In this document: positions 27,875 through 41,538 of the stretch, piece by piece
Layout: every line of letters starts with the position of its first letter
Position numbering within the stretch: position 1 is the stretch's first letter
Assembly (NCBI GenBank): GCA_951406725.2
Contig: OX597827.1
Location: 10,292,001-10,356,000 of the forward strand
Direction of reading: 5' to 3'
Length of the DNA stretch: 64,000 nucleotides
From: Octopus vulgaris
Taxonomy: Eukaryota
Notes under the pieces: model-generated
What the model was told of the DNA's origin: nothing
Seen by the model: the letters and a program-made list of their open reading frames with translations, nothing else
Database searches by the model: none
Translations under genes and position numbers: made by a program

Positions 27875-28962
27875 ATTTAATAAACACAATATATCTTTTT
27901 AAGTGAGTTTCATGCAACAAAAGCATTTGGAATAGTATATTTTTAACATGCCTGGTATCTTAGTGCAATCTTCAGGCATTGTAAATTTTATGTGTGTCTG
28001 TGTGTATATATATGCATGCATATAAATGTATACATCATGGGACAGGGTAGGTTGTGGGGAAAATGAAGGGAATGAGTGAGGAGAACATATAGTGATGGAG
28101 GAGAGATAATTCGGAGCTCAGGAGTGTTATTTAGCCCTAGGTAAATTTTGATTGATCATATGCTTGATCAAAGTATGCATTTACATTTTCAAATTTAAAG
28201 GACATGATTTGAAAGATTTCAGTGCTATTTCTAGCAGTTTAAATGATTGCATGAAAACTTTCTTTGCGGCTCCACCTCTCTTGCATATAGTCGTGAATTC
28301 TATTTCTCCAATGCATCTCTTAGCAACCAAGTGACCTTAGCCACTGAGAATGATGCGTATTTGTTAAGACTACAGAGAAAGTGACGAATCATTAGATCTT
28401 TGATACCTAGTAATATTTGTTCTAAATTTTCTGCATTTTGAGTTCAAATCCTACCAAAGTCATTTTATCTTTTTTTTATCTTTTTTTTTTTTTTGAATCT
28501 ATAAAATGTATCAGTCCTGAGCAGTGAATTGGTAGATGCAGTATGACCAGATGTCTTGTGATATTTGTTCTCACTCCTTGTTTTGAATTCAAATCTTGCT
28601 GTGACCTACTCAGCCGTTTCACCATCTTTTCTGTGCTCCGGACAAATACACTACATTCTCAGTGGCTCAGTTCATCTGGTTGTTAATAGTGCAATAGTAA
28701 GTCGGAATTCCCTTCTGCATGTAAGAGAAGTAGAGCCATTATAAAGCTTCTGTGCAATCAAATAAACTGCAAGGAATAGTGGAATCATTGTAAAAGTGTA
28801 AATCCATTCTTGATCATGCTTTGATTCAATCAAGTTTGGCTTGAGGCTAAATAATAACATAAATGAAAGAATTGCCTTATTGATTTTTAACATGGGCACA
28901 AGACCACAAGAAGCTCAGTTTAATACTGCCACTTGATATTTTGGATGGCTTTAGTAGAGTCT

Positions 28963-29349
28963 GTGGAGGCGTAATGGCCCAGTGGTTAGGGCAGCGAACT
29001 CGCGGTTATAGGATCGCGGTTTCAATTCCCAGACCGGGCGTTGTGAGTGTTTATTGAGCGAAAACACCTAAAGCTCCACGAGGCTCCAGCAGGGGATGGT
29101 GGTGATCCCTGCTGTACTCTTTCAAGACAACTTTCTCTCACTCTTACTTCCTGTTTCTGTTGTACCTGTATTTCAAGGGGCCGGCCTTGTCACTCTCTGT
29201 GTCACGCTGAATATCCCCGAGAACTAAGTTAAGGGTGCACGTGTCTGTGGAGTGCTCAGCCACTTACACGTTAATTTCACGAGCAGGCTGTTCCGTTGAT
29301 TCGGATCAACCGGAACCCTCGTCGTTGTAACCGACAGAGTGCTTCCAAA
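28963..29349 (+). mobile_element. SINE-B, tail type 1
   Basis: Family match; imperfect TSD AGTAGAGTCT/AGTAGACTCT. Confidence 0.92.
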
Positions 29350-29822
29350 AGTAGACTCTATTTTGTGACAAGCGTTTCAGTCAAGTCTTCAGTTTAAGAA
29401 GAACACCTTCCTTGCTCCATTTCACAAGTCTCAGATATTCTTGAAAGGACTGTGAATATTGCCTTCTTTCCTGACTTAAAGGTAAAAATAGGAAAAAAAA
29501 TCAAGAGAGATTTTGAGAATTGTCAACTCCTTTAATTATTATATAGACAGTTTTTATATCCATCTGGCCACAACTTTATCAGTTACATAATACATATATC
29601 TATCATATTCAACAGAAATATATAAATAAAATGAATAAATACTTTGTTCTTTGACTGAAAGAAACCAATTTAACTTATGATTTTTTAATGTATTGTAAGG
29701 TAGAAATCTTTCAATGCTTGTTAAAACTGTTAATATAGTTGTTCATAAATGTCCTCCCTTTAAATGGAAACCAGTGTATCAAAAGTTACTGTGAATTCAT
29801 ACAGAAAATATTTAATTCTCAC

Positions 29823-29848
29823 CCTGCGCTAATTTATTCTCTTCACTT
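29823..29848 (-). other. Candidate 26-nt microexon
   Basis: atttatttcatttcatatgcag|AAGTGAAGAGAATAAATTAGCGCAGG|gtgaga. Confidence 0.25.
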
Positions 29849-30374
29849 CTGCATATGAAATGAAATAAATATACAATTACAGCAATAAATGATTTATTTT
29901 AAAGGATGATATGCGCGAAATCTTTGATAAAACATAATAGAACTGGTCTGAAATCTTGGTAGCAAATGAATGAGTCGGAAGGTATTCTGGACAGATTGAT
30001 GAAGGGAAGGTTTTATTGGTAAACTACACATGTAAAGATTTATGAGTGCACATCATACACAGATAAATATATTTATAGAGATATGCACCCTTGCACAATA
30101 TATCTATATGTCCACAGGAGTGAATAATAAACATGTTTATGTACCAATATTACCATCAATTACATGTTCAGTACTATTCTTTCATCATTGTGCAGTTCAC
30201 AAACATGAGTATATGTGTGTATATATATATATCTAAGGTACACGCATACACGTGTATGTGCATATACATGTACAGACATGTTTAAATATATACATATATT
30301 GGTTTACAGATACTTATACATATAGATCTGCATATATATTTGTATACATAGATATGCATATATATGTGTATACC

Positions 30375-30645
30375 GAAGTAAACACATAAATGTGAAACAA
30401 GGTGGAAAAAAGAGTACTCAAATACCAGTGGTAGAGTAATATGCTTTATTTAAAGCAGCAGAAATTCAACAAAACCTGTTACTCTGAGTTTCCCGTTGCC
30501 GTTGATGGTAATATTGGTACATAAACATGTTTATTCACTCCTGTGGACATATGGATATATTGTGCAAGAGTGCATATCTCTATAACGGGAAACTCAGAGT
30601 AACAGGTTTTGTTGAATTTTCTGCTGCTTTAAATAAAGTATATAT
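30375..30645. mobile_element. Foldback element with hammerhead 3' halves and captured flanking DNA
   Basis: Arms 30440-30497 and 30584-30643 (AACGG-GAAA-CTCAGAG-TA-ACAG); spacer is an inverted copy of 30073-30159. Confidence 0.75.
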
Positions 30646-31611
30646 GTGTATATATAGATATGCATATATGTACACACACACACATACACGTACGCACACA
30701 CATAGTCTGTTTAGCAAGTTCTTGCTTAACCTATGTTCAACCCTGATCAAACATATATCTATGATTATAGGAAGGACTGTGAAGGCTATTGCACAGCCGC
30801 TTCTTCCTGACTAAACCATTAAAAGAGAGTATTCCACTCTTTCTCTTTAGGAATACCTAATACCATATATAGGTGTTTTTCCTTTTTTAACATGGTAAGA
30901 TGATATCTGAAGGGGATATGGCTGCTATTTCTGGCAGATTGAGGTATGATTTGGAGATTTCCTCATTTGCTTCAGATTATTTCTGTAGACCAATCAGGTT
31001 GATTTTTTTTTTAAATCTAGGATATGCTGAAATTCAGAACAATAATCTTACAGAGGTGGATTTCCTGGGGCCCAGAATCAGATTAAAGGAAACTAAAGTC
31101 TTAAGCATGCATTAACAATGATACTCTGCAACATTTGTTTTAGTTCTTTGCATTCAGAGTTCAAATCTCACGACAGCCTAATTAGGTGGTAAACTTAGTC
31201 TGTCAACCATTCTAATATCATCTGCTAGCACCTTAGGTGTTTTAAGTGGAGTTTATTCTAGCAACATTTTGACCACGTCTCTTTCTTGTTTAAGGATACC
31301 GTTTTCTCCACCTCCCAACAAACAATCTTGGAGGCCCTGCAAAAGGAGCATGGTACTGCAAAAAAAAAAAGGGAAAAGAAAAAAAAGAGAAAATCTAAAA
31401 GTCCAATGAGGGAACCTCTCCATGGTTACTCAAAATTTTGGAAATAAGGAGTAATTCTCTCTCAATTACCCCCTTAAAATCTTGAAATGAAAAAAGGGAC
31501 CTGTTGGATAATATAGTCCTTGAAATGCAATGCCAATGAGAACTGGTGGTTAAATAACAACAACAGCAACTAAATAGTAAACATGAACTCCAACCACTCT
31601 CCCAAATGATT

Positions 31612-31844
31612 TGTTTCAGTCATTTGACTATGGCCATGCTGGAGCACCACCTTTAATCAAACTAATTAACCCCAGGATTTATTCTTTGTAAGCCTAGTAC
31701 TTATTCTATCGGTCTCTTTTGCCAAAATGCTGTTACAGGGATGTAAACACACCAACATCGGTTGTCAAGAGATGGAGGGGGAACAAACACACACAAATAC
31801 ATGTCTATCTATCTATTGATCTATCTATCTATCTATATCTATAG

Positions 31845-31936
<92 letters not shown>

Positions 31937-32134
31937 AGATAGATAGTTATTTAAAATACTGATCATATCAAGTGGCTAGCATGAGAATAAAAACCTCATA
32001 GGTAATAATTATTATGAAAAATTATAATTAAGGGTATCTAAAAGATACCATCATGCTAGAGATAGCAGTCAAAACTTGACTCTAAAACCAAATCAAATAT
32101 TCATACATATCTTTTAGATACCCTTAATTATAAT

Positions 32135-32174
<40 letters not shown>

Positions 32175-32344
32175 ATATATATATGATGGGCTTCTTTCAT
32201 TTTCCATCTACCAAATCGACTCACAAGGCTTTGGTTGACCCGAGGATATAGTAGAAGTAATTTGTCCAAGGTACCATGCAGTGGGACTGAACCCAGAACC
32301 ATGTGGTTGGTAAGCAAGCTACTTACCACACAGCCACTCCTGCA
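31612..32344 (-). mobile_element. SINE-A interrupted in its internal microsatellite by a foldback element (31950-32137)
   Basis: SINE-A halves on both sides; insert has IR aaattataattaagggtatctaaaagata and is homologous to 60664-60950. Confidence 0.8.
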
Positions 32345-33239
32345 CCAACTTATCAATAATATAAATAAAATATGTGATTGGTGTTAGTTTCAATGACACC
32401 AGTTGGTTAAAATGGGAAGACTTGGAATTAGGAGATAACCTAACTAGTACTACCACCACATATCACTGCACACCAGGATATTACTGCTTAGGAAGATAAT
32501 TTCCGATAGCAGGGGATCTTCTTTAACTTGTGGGCTGCATACTGCTCTTTTTGCTGATTTGTTTTGGAGTTAAAACTATTCTGGTATATACTCATTTCAT
32601 TTTTCATTGAATATGTTGTGCCATACCAGTCTTTAAACACGTATCCACAGGTACACACTTAACACATGCATACCTGTATAAATACACACACATGCATGAA
32701 TATAGAGGGTAAATTTTATATAAACAAAATGCATTATACATACAAGAGAATATATTGTGATATACATACACACACACAAACCCATATATATATATGTATA
32801 TACACACACACAAATACATACATACACACACATGTACATACATATATGTATGTACACACATACACACACATACACATGTACATACATATATGTATGTACA
32901 CACATACATAAATATATCATATATATATATGTGTGTGTTTATATATGTGTGTGTGTGTGGAGAGAGAGCAAGTGAGAGAGTGTGAAAGAGAGAGAGAGAG
33001 AGAGCGAGAGAAAGAGCAAAAGAGAGAGGGAGAGCAAGAGAGAGAGCAAGAGAGCGAGAGAGAGACAGGGAGAAATGGTTAGATAGATGCATAGATACAT
33101 ACATACATAGATACATACATACATGCATACATGCATACATACATACATGCATGCATACATACATACATATATACACACATACATACATACATACATACAT
33201 GCATATATACATACGTACATACATACATACATACATACA

Positions 33240-33270
<31 letters not shown>

Positions 33271-33700
33271 TGTGTGTGCATGTGCTATCAAATTTTACCT
33301 CTTTCCATTGCAACAATTGCTGAACATTTTTGGCCTATTAAATGTTTTTCATTGGTGCTTCAACCAAAACAGCTTCCTTCAGACTGTATCATGTTACAAG
33401 CAAACATGTTTTGTTTACTTCCTGTAGATCAGTTGGGGTTCAACTCTCTGCTGCTGCAGTTTTCCAAATCAAATTGGGTTCTCATTGTGATATTTGATAA
33501 GATATCAATGTTCACTTAATTAATAAACTGAAATTGTATGAAAACCTTATATCATCAACTGAGATGTGAGTGTAGTGCTCTGTTTCTATAAGATGTAGAA
33601 TGATTCACGATTTGACAGTTCAACATTTACATCCTAAAGGAGTATTACTTTAATTACATACACAGATGCACATAAATATATACACTCATCTACATATATA

Positions 33701-34120
33701 GGTGCAGGAGTGGCTGTGTGGTAAGTAGCTTGCTAACCAACCACATGGCTCCGGGTTCAGTCCCACTGCGTGGCATCTTGGGCAAGTGTCTTCCGCTATA
33801 GCCCCAGGCCGACCAATGCCTTGTGAGTGGATTTGGTAGACGGAAACTGAAAGAAGCCTGTTGTATATATGTATATATATATATGTATATATGTATGTGT
33901 GTGTGTGTGTGTTTGTGTGTCTGTGTTTGTCCCCCTAGCATTGCTTGACAAGCGATGCTGGTGTGTTTACGTCCCCGTCACTTACCAGTTCAGCAAAAGA
34001 GACTAATAGAATAAGTACTGGGCTTACAAAGAATAAGTCCCGGGGTCGATTTGGTCGACTAAAAGGCGGTGCTACAGCATGGCCACAGTCAAATGACTGA
34101 AACAAGTAAAAGAGTAAGAG
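33701..34120 (+). mobile_element. SINE-A
   Basis: Full family match. Confidence 0.92.
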
Positions 34121-34159
34121 TATATGTGTATAAATATGTATATGTGTGTATATTCATAG

Positions 34160-34199
<40 letters not shown>

Positions 34200-34203
<4 letters not shown>

Positions 34204-34420
34204 GTGCGATTTTTTCCGTTTATAGCTGTGTGTGTATGTATGAATTTGTTACTTTAACTCCTGCAAGACTATCCAACTGACCTTGATGTGACTTGTCATG
34301 TGTGTGGGGATTATGACCATGCAGTCACTTACACATTTGAAATTTTTAAAAAATTCGATAATTTTTTAATCAGCATCGATTTTTCAGAAATCCTGAGCAA
34401 CAATGGGTATCTCTGCAAGT
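34200..34420 (+). mobile_element. Possible non-autonomous Helitron 3' end
   Basis: cctgagcaacaatgggtatctctgcaagt resembles the Helitron subterminal hairpin plus CTRR-T end, degenerate. Confidence 0.35.
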
Positions 34421-34422
34421 GT

Positions 34423-34456
<34 letters not shown>

Positions 34457-34624
34457 ATACATACATATATATATACATATATATTATATTAAATTAGAGA
34501 TAAAACCACTATTAGGCAAATCAAACAATGAAAAACTTAAGCCAATGCATAAAATTAATTAATTTATATTATTTTAAATATATATCAAAAGTATTAAAAG
34601 TTTAATAAAAGATAATGAGTAAAA

Positions 34625-34693
34625 CACTACGATCGTTTCATGGCTGTCCAATTCGTAATAATTCGAGTTATGGTTACAGTCAATCTTCAGGTA
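34625..34693 (-). ncRNA. Type I hammerhead ribozyme motif
   Basis: TAC-CTGAAGA-T-TGACTGT...ACAGCCA-T-GAAA-CGATCG-TA-GTG; palindromic stem III, GUA triplet; inside TA-flanked element 34490-34725. Confidence 0.7.
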
Positions 34694-34945
34694 ATTGAAA
34701 TATTTATCTTAGCGAGGTTTAGCATATATATCTTTATATATATATATACAAACATATATATATATACACACACATCATATATATATGTGTGTATATATAT
34801 ATGTGTGTGTGTCTATATGTATATATGTATATACATATATGTTTATGTTTGTGTACGTGTGTGATTGTGTTTACATACATACCAATATATAAATATATAT
34901 GTAAGCACACATGCAGACATACACACATATACATACACAAGCACA

Positions 34946-34986
<41 letters not shown>

Positions 34987-35172
34987 AGAGAGAGAGAGAA
35001 AGAGAGAGAGCAGATCCTATCAGTAACACTTTTATAAGTGGCATTTTGACAGATTAAACTGGCAGAATCTATTTGGAGTAATCAGTAGTGTGATTGCACT
35101 TTTCTTCTTATTATGTATTATCTAACTTTAGCATTATTTACCTTTTTGCTTCCTTAATCCTTTTATAGCTAT

Positions 35173-35596
35173 CAGTCTTAATATTAAAGTTTATTTGCCA
35201 ACATAATGTGGCAGTCCTATACAAGGACGATGTTACTGTTATCTAGCACCCTTTTTCCTGTTGGCTACCAGCACACAGTTTGCGGCTGTATGGTATACAC
35301 AAGGGAGGTCATCGCTTCCATCTCTAGCCTTATGTGATACACATAGACCTAGGTTTCTGAGAGCCAGTAATTTTCTCACACTGAGGACGGGTAACTACCC
35401 AGAAACCTAGGTCTGTGAGTATCACGTAAGGCTAGGGATCGAAGTGATGACCTTCTTTGCATATACTATACAGGTGCAAACTGTGTGCCAGTAGCCAACT
35501 GGGAAAGATATTTTCCTGGATCTAAATAAGAGTAACGTCGTCTCTGTATAGCACTGCCACATTATGTTGGAAAATAAACTTTACTATTCGGTACTG
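35173..35596. mobile_element. About 420-bp foldback element with central hammerhead
   Basis: Arms 35180-35359 and 35400-35588; related to 11960-12120 and 44531-44610. Confidence 0.8.
35375..35419 (+). ncRNA. Minimal type I hammerhead ribozyme (best copy)
   Basis: CTCACA-CTGAGGA-C-GGGT aact ACCC-A-GAAA-CCTAGG-TC-TGTGAG; predicted cut after C35413. Confidence 0.8.
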
Positions 35597-35672
35597 TTAC
35601 CGTATATCTCTCGCTCAAAAGTTTAAAACAATTTGTTTTTACCTTTAGTCTTATTATTCTTTTAACATAATA

Positions 35673-36080
35673 GGTGCAGGAGTAGCTGTGTGGTAAGCAG
35701 CTTGCTTACCAACCACATGGTTCTGGGTTCACTCCTACTGCTTGGCACCTCGGGCAAGTGTCTTCTACTATAGCCTCAGGCCGACCAAAGCCTTGTGAGT
35801 GGATTTGGTAGACGGAAACTGAAAGAAGCCTGTCATATATATGTGTGTATGTGCGTGTGTGTGTGTGTGTGTGTGTTTGTGTCTGTTTGTCCCTGCCCCC
35901 CAACATTACTTGACAACCGATGCTGGTGTATTTATGTCCCTGTAACTTAACAGTTTGGCAAAAGACACCGATGGAATAAGTACTAGGCTTACAAAGAATA
36001 AGTCCTGGGGTCGATTTGCTCAACTAAAGGCAGTGCTCCAGCATGGCCACAACCAAATGACTGAAACAAATAAAAGAATA
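35673..36080 (+). mobile_element. SINE-A (followed by an older copy at about 36132-36515)
   Basis: Family match. Confidence 0.9.
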
Positions 36081-36584
36081 ATTATCTTATACAACTTCCG
36101 GTTCATAATTTATTTCACTATACCTACATAACTGAGTGGTAAGATGTTTGTCTCCCAACCACATGGTTCTGGATTCAGTCCCACTGTGTGGGACCTTGGC
36201 CAAGTGGCTTCTACTATAACCCTGGGCCAATCATAGCCTTTTCAGTGGATTTGATAGACAGAAACTGAAAGAAATCTGTTGTATATATATGTATATTTGT
36301 GTGTATCTTTGTTCCCCAGCTACCACTTGACAACTGGTGTTGGTTTATTTACGTCCCTGTAACTTAGTGGTTCAGCAAAAGAAACTGATAGAATAAGTAA
36401 CAGGCTTTAAAAAAAGAAAAAAAGTGCTGGAGTTGATTCATTTGACAGGGAAATTCTTCAAAGAGGAACCCCAGCATGGCCACAGTCTAATGGCTGAAAC
36501 AAGTAAGGGATAAAAAAATGCAAGATACATACTTCAACCTATAGAAATTAGAATTGCCTATAGACAATTCTTATTTCTATAGAT

Positions 36585-37181
36585 CAGTGGTTCTCAACTA
36601 TGATCCATATGGCTCCTGTGAGTCCATATAAGATATTTGTGGGGTCCATGCAGCAAAGGATTCTATTGGTTCCACAGTAGCATTTTATGGATAAATGTAA
36701 AACAATCTTGCTTTCAATGTATGTATTGGTGTGTATTACAAGAAACATTTACGTCTCTTTCTCTAACATTTTACATAGATCAACCTAAACAGGTTAATGT
36801 ATAACTAACAAAATACGAATTTTGAAAGAAGTTTCTACAAAACAAGTTTTTAATTTCTTTATTGCCCATAAGGAGCTACACACAGAGGGGTCAAACAAGG
36901 ACAGACAAACGGATTAAGTTGATTAAATCAACCCCTGTGCGTAACTGGTACTTATTTAATCGACTCCGAAAGGATGAAAGGCAAAGTCGACCTCGGCGGA
37001 ATTTGAACTCAGAATGTAGCAGCAGACGAAATACTGCTAAGTATTTCGCCTGGTGTGCTAATGCTTCTGCCAGCTAGCCACCTATAAAACTAGTTTTTAA
37101 ACATCGAATGGCTATGGGGATCCACCAGAATAGAATAGTAATCAAAGGGATCCATAAACAAAAAGTGGTTGAGGACCCCTG
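36585..37181. mobile_element. hAT (Charlie-like) MITE
   Basis: TIRs CAGTGGTTCTCAAC / CAGGGGTCCTCAAC (12/14); 8-bp TSD CTATAGAT at 36577-36584 and 37182-37189. Confidence 0.9.
36854..37082 (-). mobile_element. SINE-C nested in the MITE
   Basis: 18-bp TSD with 2 mismatches at 36836-36853 and 37083-37100. Confidence 0.9.
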
Positions 37182-37269
37182 CTATAGATCCTCTATCCTA
37201 GCACTTAATGTTAGAACTTAGGCATTTGGTTTGGCTGACAAACTTATTGTATGTGCCTATTATATGTGA

Positions 37270-37452
37270 TCATCATCATAATTTAATGTCTGTTTTCCAT
37301 GTTAGCATGGGTTGGACGGTTTGACTGAAAACTGGTAAACCAGGGAGCTGCACCAGGTTCCAATCTGATTTGGCATGGTTTCTAACCTGGATGTCCTTGC
37401 TAATGACAACCACTCCAAGAGCATAATGGGTGCTTTTTACATGTCACCGGTA
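37270..37452 (-). mobile_element. Family D retroposon, diverged
   Basis: Family match. Confidence 0.75.
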
Positions 37453-37562
37453 CCCATTACGTAATTATACTAATGCACTTCATTGATAGGCATACATTGG
37501 TTTTGGGGTTTTTTTTTCTAAAATCTCACATAGTTTAACTTCAAAATTTAATTTGAACTATA

Positions 37563-37940
37563 AGCACATAAAAAGCACCAACCGATTGTGGCCGTTGCCA
37601 GCCTCGCCTGGCCTCCGTGCTGGTGGCATGTAAAAAGCACCATCTGATCATGGCCGTTTGCCAGCCTCGCCTGGCCTCCGTGCCGGTGGCACGTAAAAAG
37701 CACCATCCGATTGCGGCCGTTTGCCAGCATGGCCTGGCCTCCATGCCGGTGGCACGTAAAAAGCACCCACTACACTCACAGAGTGGTTGGCGTTAGGAAG
37801 GGCATCCAGCCGTAGAAACATTGCCAGATCAGACTGGGCCTGGTGCAGCCTTCTGGCTTCCCAGACCCCAGTTGCACCGTCCAACCCATGGCAGCATGGA
37901 AAGCGGACGCTAAACGATGATGATGATGATGATAATGATG
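37563..37940 (+). mobile_element. Family D retroposon with three tandem 62-63-bp modules
   Basis: taaaaagcacc recurs four times at about 62-bp spacing. Confidence 0.9.
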
Positions 37941-38782
37941 ATAAGCTTGTTTCTGAATATGGATTTAAATGGCTGTAATTTCAAATACAACCACCTTCCT
38001 CTTAAATTTCTTCTTGTCCTTTCAATGTTATACTTTCTCTGCTCCTTTCTTTTGTTTCCTTTTAAACTATTTTATTATGCCGCAAACAGATGTTTTCACA
38101 TTTGTACCGAAAAGATTGAAATTACTGAATAATGTTTATAAATGAATTTACAAACTTATAAACTAATAAATAAATTAGTAAATTTTTTGAAATATTCAGC
38201 ACTTTAATTAATTTGCAAATACTATTGTTTCTAAAAACAATTACATTATATATGTATTAAATGTTTTAATCTTTTGAAAAGTCAAAACAATGCTAATTGT
38301 ATACAAAAAATATATGCATACACACACACACATGCATACACACACACATACATACACACACACACACATACATACACACACACATACATACACACACATA
38401 CATACACACACATACATATACACACACACACATACACATACACATACACACACATACACACACATACATACACACACTTACATACACACACATATAGACA
38501 TATTCAAAGAGTTTTTACAATGAATTCTTTATATGGCCATAAAAAAATATAGATTTTCTTAAATTAAAAATTATTAGTCATAAAAAAAACCAAATCTTGA
38601 AAAAAAATTATAAAGGAACAGAACGATACAAATCTTTTGAAGGAAGTTTTCACAATGTGTGTAAGCACTTTTGCTGTTGACAACTTTTTAGGCCCACCTC
38701 TTATGGAATAATCTGTCTAGAAGTTGTTTTGTTGTGGTATACTTTTGAATTTAGGATTCTTATAAAATATTCTTCATTTGCC

Positions 38783-39200
38783 TTTACTGTTTACTGTTTT
38801 ACTGTTTTACTTGTTTCAGTCATTTGACTGTGGCCATGCTGGAGCACCGCCTTTAGTCAAGCAAATCGACCCCGGGACTTATTCTTTCTAAGCCCAGTAC
38901 TTATTCTATCGGTCTCTTTTGCCGAACCGCTAAGTAACGGGGACATAAACACACCAGCATCGGTTGTCAAGCAATGATAGGGGGACAAACACAGACACAC
39001 AAACATACACACACACATATATATATATACATATATACGACAGGCTTCTTTTAGTTTCCGTCTACCAAGTCCACTCACAAGGCTTTGGTCGGCCTGAGGC
39101 TATAGTAGAAGACACTTGTCCAAGATGCCACGCAGTGGGACTGAACCCGGAACCATGTGGTTGGTAAGCAAGCTACTTACCACACAGCCACTCCTGCGCC
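38783..39200 (-). mobile_element. SINE-A
   Basis: Full family match. Confidence 0.92.
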
Positions 39201-39239
39201 TTTCATTCTAATTTGTAATATAATATGCAGAAACATAAT

Positions 39240-39548
39240 AGGAGCACTCTGTCAGTTACATTGACGAGGGTCCCAGCTGATACTATCAACGGAACAGACT
39301 GCTCATGAAATTAACGTGCAAGTGGCTGAGCAATCCACAGACATGCATACCCCTAACGTAGTTCTGAGGGAGAGTGTGACAAGGCCGACCCTTTGAAATA
39401 CAGGTACTACTCATTTTTGTCAGGTGAGCTGACTGGAGCAACAACATGAAATAAAGTGTCTTGCTCAAGGACACAATGCATCGCCAGGAATCAAACTCAT
39501 GACCTTACAATCATGAGCTGAATGCCCTAACCTCTAAGCTATGCACCT
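39240..39548 (-). mobile_element. Older tRNA-SINE sharing the SINE-B type 1 tail
   Basis: Tail matches 5810-6000; the middle is cttgagcaagacac (CORE-like). Confidence 0.7.
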
Positions 39549-40267
39549 TAGTAGTTTGGCAAAAGGGAAGAACAGAATAGGTACCAAGCTTAAAAAAAAA
39601 ACCCAAAACAAGTACTAGCGTTGATTTACTCAACTAGGCCTTTCAACTTCGTGCTCAAGCGTGGCTGCAGTCCAGTTTCTAAAGCAGGAAATAAAGATGT
39701 CATTCAGTACACCAGCTTCAACTAGAATTTATCTAAATTCTTGCTTTGGCCCACATGAGTTATTTCCCCGCATTTAGTTTTTATTAATTATCAGCTCTGG
39801 TGAAACTTGATATCAGAATGTCAAAGGAGAATTACTAGATACAATGCATTTAATGCCAAGAGGCTATGGCGTCTTACCATTTCAACATCGTCGTGACTTT
39901 GACATATTTAATAGTAGAGTATTAGATTTCTGCAAATTATATTATGTGAAGCAGAATGATCTAAATGTCAATTAAACAAAAGTGGAAAAAAAAAAAAAAG
40001 TTTGCAAATAAACATTAAACCATTAAAATGAAAACATGTGTTCATAATTATTTAATGACACTAATTATCCATGTTAAAACCTAGCTTGATTTGAATAAAT
40101 CACCAAAGCAAAAGTGAAGTCGTTATATATTAAAACAGTGATATACTTAATGAATTCGGAAATGAATAACAAACATAGTTCAATAGATTTTTCTTCTTGG
40201 AAAAGGAAAACACAGAACAGATGGTTGATTTTGGGTACTTAATTAAGTTAAATTACCTTTTATAAAG

Positions 40268-40490
40268 TAGAGGTGCATGGTGTAGTGGTTAGGGTGTTGG
40301 ACACATGATAGTAAGATTTTGGCTTCGATTCCTGGACCAGCAATGTTGTGTGTTCTTGAGCAAAACACTTCAATTCACATTGCCCCAATCCACTTAGCTG
40401 GTAAAAATGAGTAATCCTGTTAGGGACTGGCATCCTGTCCAGGGAGGAATATAAATGCCAGAGAAACTGAAAAACCGGCCTTATGATTTT
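40268..40490 (+). mobile_element. tRNA-derived SINE (family F)
   Basis: Related to 61710-61960 and 16885-17180; contains ggactggcatcc.gtccag. Confidence 0.7.
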
Positions 40491-40519
40491 TGTGGAGTAA
40501 TGTAGACTAAACCACTCTT

Positions 40520-40751
40520 ATTTCTTTATTGCCCACAAGGGGCTAAACATAGAGGGGACAAACAAGGACAGACAAAGGGATTAAGTCGATTACATCGACC
40601 CCAGTGCATAACTGGTACTTAATTTACCGACCCCGAAATGATGAAAGGCAAAGTCGACCTCGGCGGAATTTGAACTCAGAACATAACGGCAAATGAAATA
40701 CTGCTAAGTATTTCACCCGGTGTGCTAACGTTTCTGCCAGCTCGCCACCTT
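40520..40751 (-). mobile_element. SINE-C
   Basis: 17-bp TSD TAGACTAAACCACTCTT at 40503-40519 and 40752-40768. Confidence 0.92.
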
Positions 40752-41307
40752 TAGACTAAACCACTCTTGATAAGTAAATAGATAAATAAGGTATAGCTGT
40801 GTACTTAAGAAACTCTCTCTGCAAGAATATGATTCCAAGATTAGTTGTACTGCATGACGCCGAAGGATAGTGCTTTTTGCTATTTACCAAAGCCAAAATC
40901 AAGCACAGCTTTGTGAGTGAAATATGGTAGATAGAAACAGTGTGGAAGACTATTGTGTGTAAATAGGTGGATTGAATGAACCCAATCAGATAATCCTGGA
41001 AAGAACTTTGGTGAAAATAATTTATGATAATACATGTAAGATAAATGACAATGTGTGAAAATGGAAGAAGAAAAACAAAAGGAAAAACAATGATGACAAT
41101 ATGGGTGAAAGAAAAAGAAAGAAGACAAAAAATGAGTAAAAAAGGGAAATAAAAAACAAAGACAAAAATAGAAGGAAAAGAATGACCAAAACATGAAGAA
41201 GTGGGGTGAGAAAAAGGGAAAGAAAGGAGCAAGAAAAATATAAAAAGTCTGGCAGGGTTCTGACAGAATTTCAGTCATTGTCAGCCAAGTGAAGTATATT
41301 GGTCATA

Positions 41308-41538
41308 GGCGGCGAGCTGGCAGACACGTTAGCATGCCAGGCGAAATGCTTAGCGGTATTTCGTCTGTCGTTACATTCTGAGTTTAAATTCTGCCACGGT
41401 CGACTTTGCCTTTCATCCTCTCGGGGTCGATAAATAAAGTACCAGTTTCGCACTGGAGTCGATATAATCGACTCAATCCCTTCGTCTGTCCTTGTTTGTC
41501 CCCTCTATGTTTAGCCCCTTCTGGGCAGTAAAGAAATA
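41308..41538 (+). mobile_element. SINE-C
   Basis: 13-bp TSD TATATTGGT(C/G)ATA. Confidence 0.92.

Noticed and set aside
29364-29395. Minus-strand CTGAAGA-cttgact-GAAA-CGCTTG-TC
   Set aside because: Core-like, but neither stem I nor stem II pairs; at best a deleted relic
37596-37704. Resemblance of family D modules to HDV or pistol ribozymes and to an sgRNA 3' end
   Set aside because: Only short word matches; I could not build the HDV double pseudoknot or the pistol P2/P3 and catalytic residues
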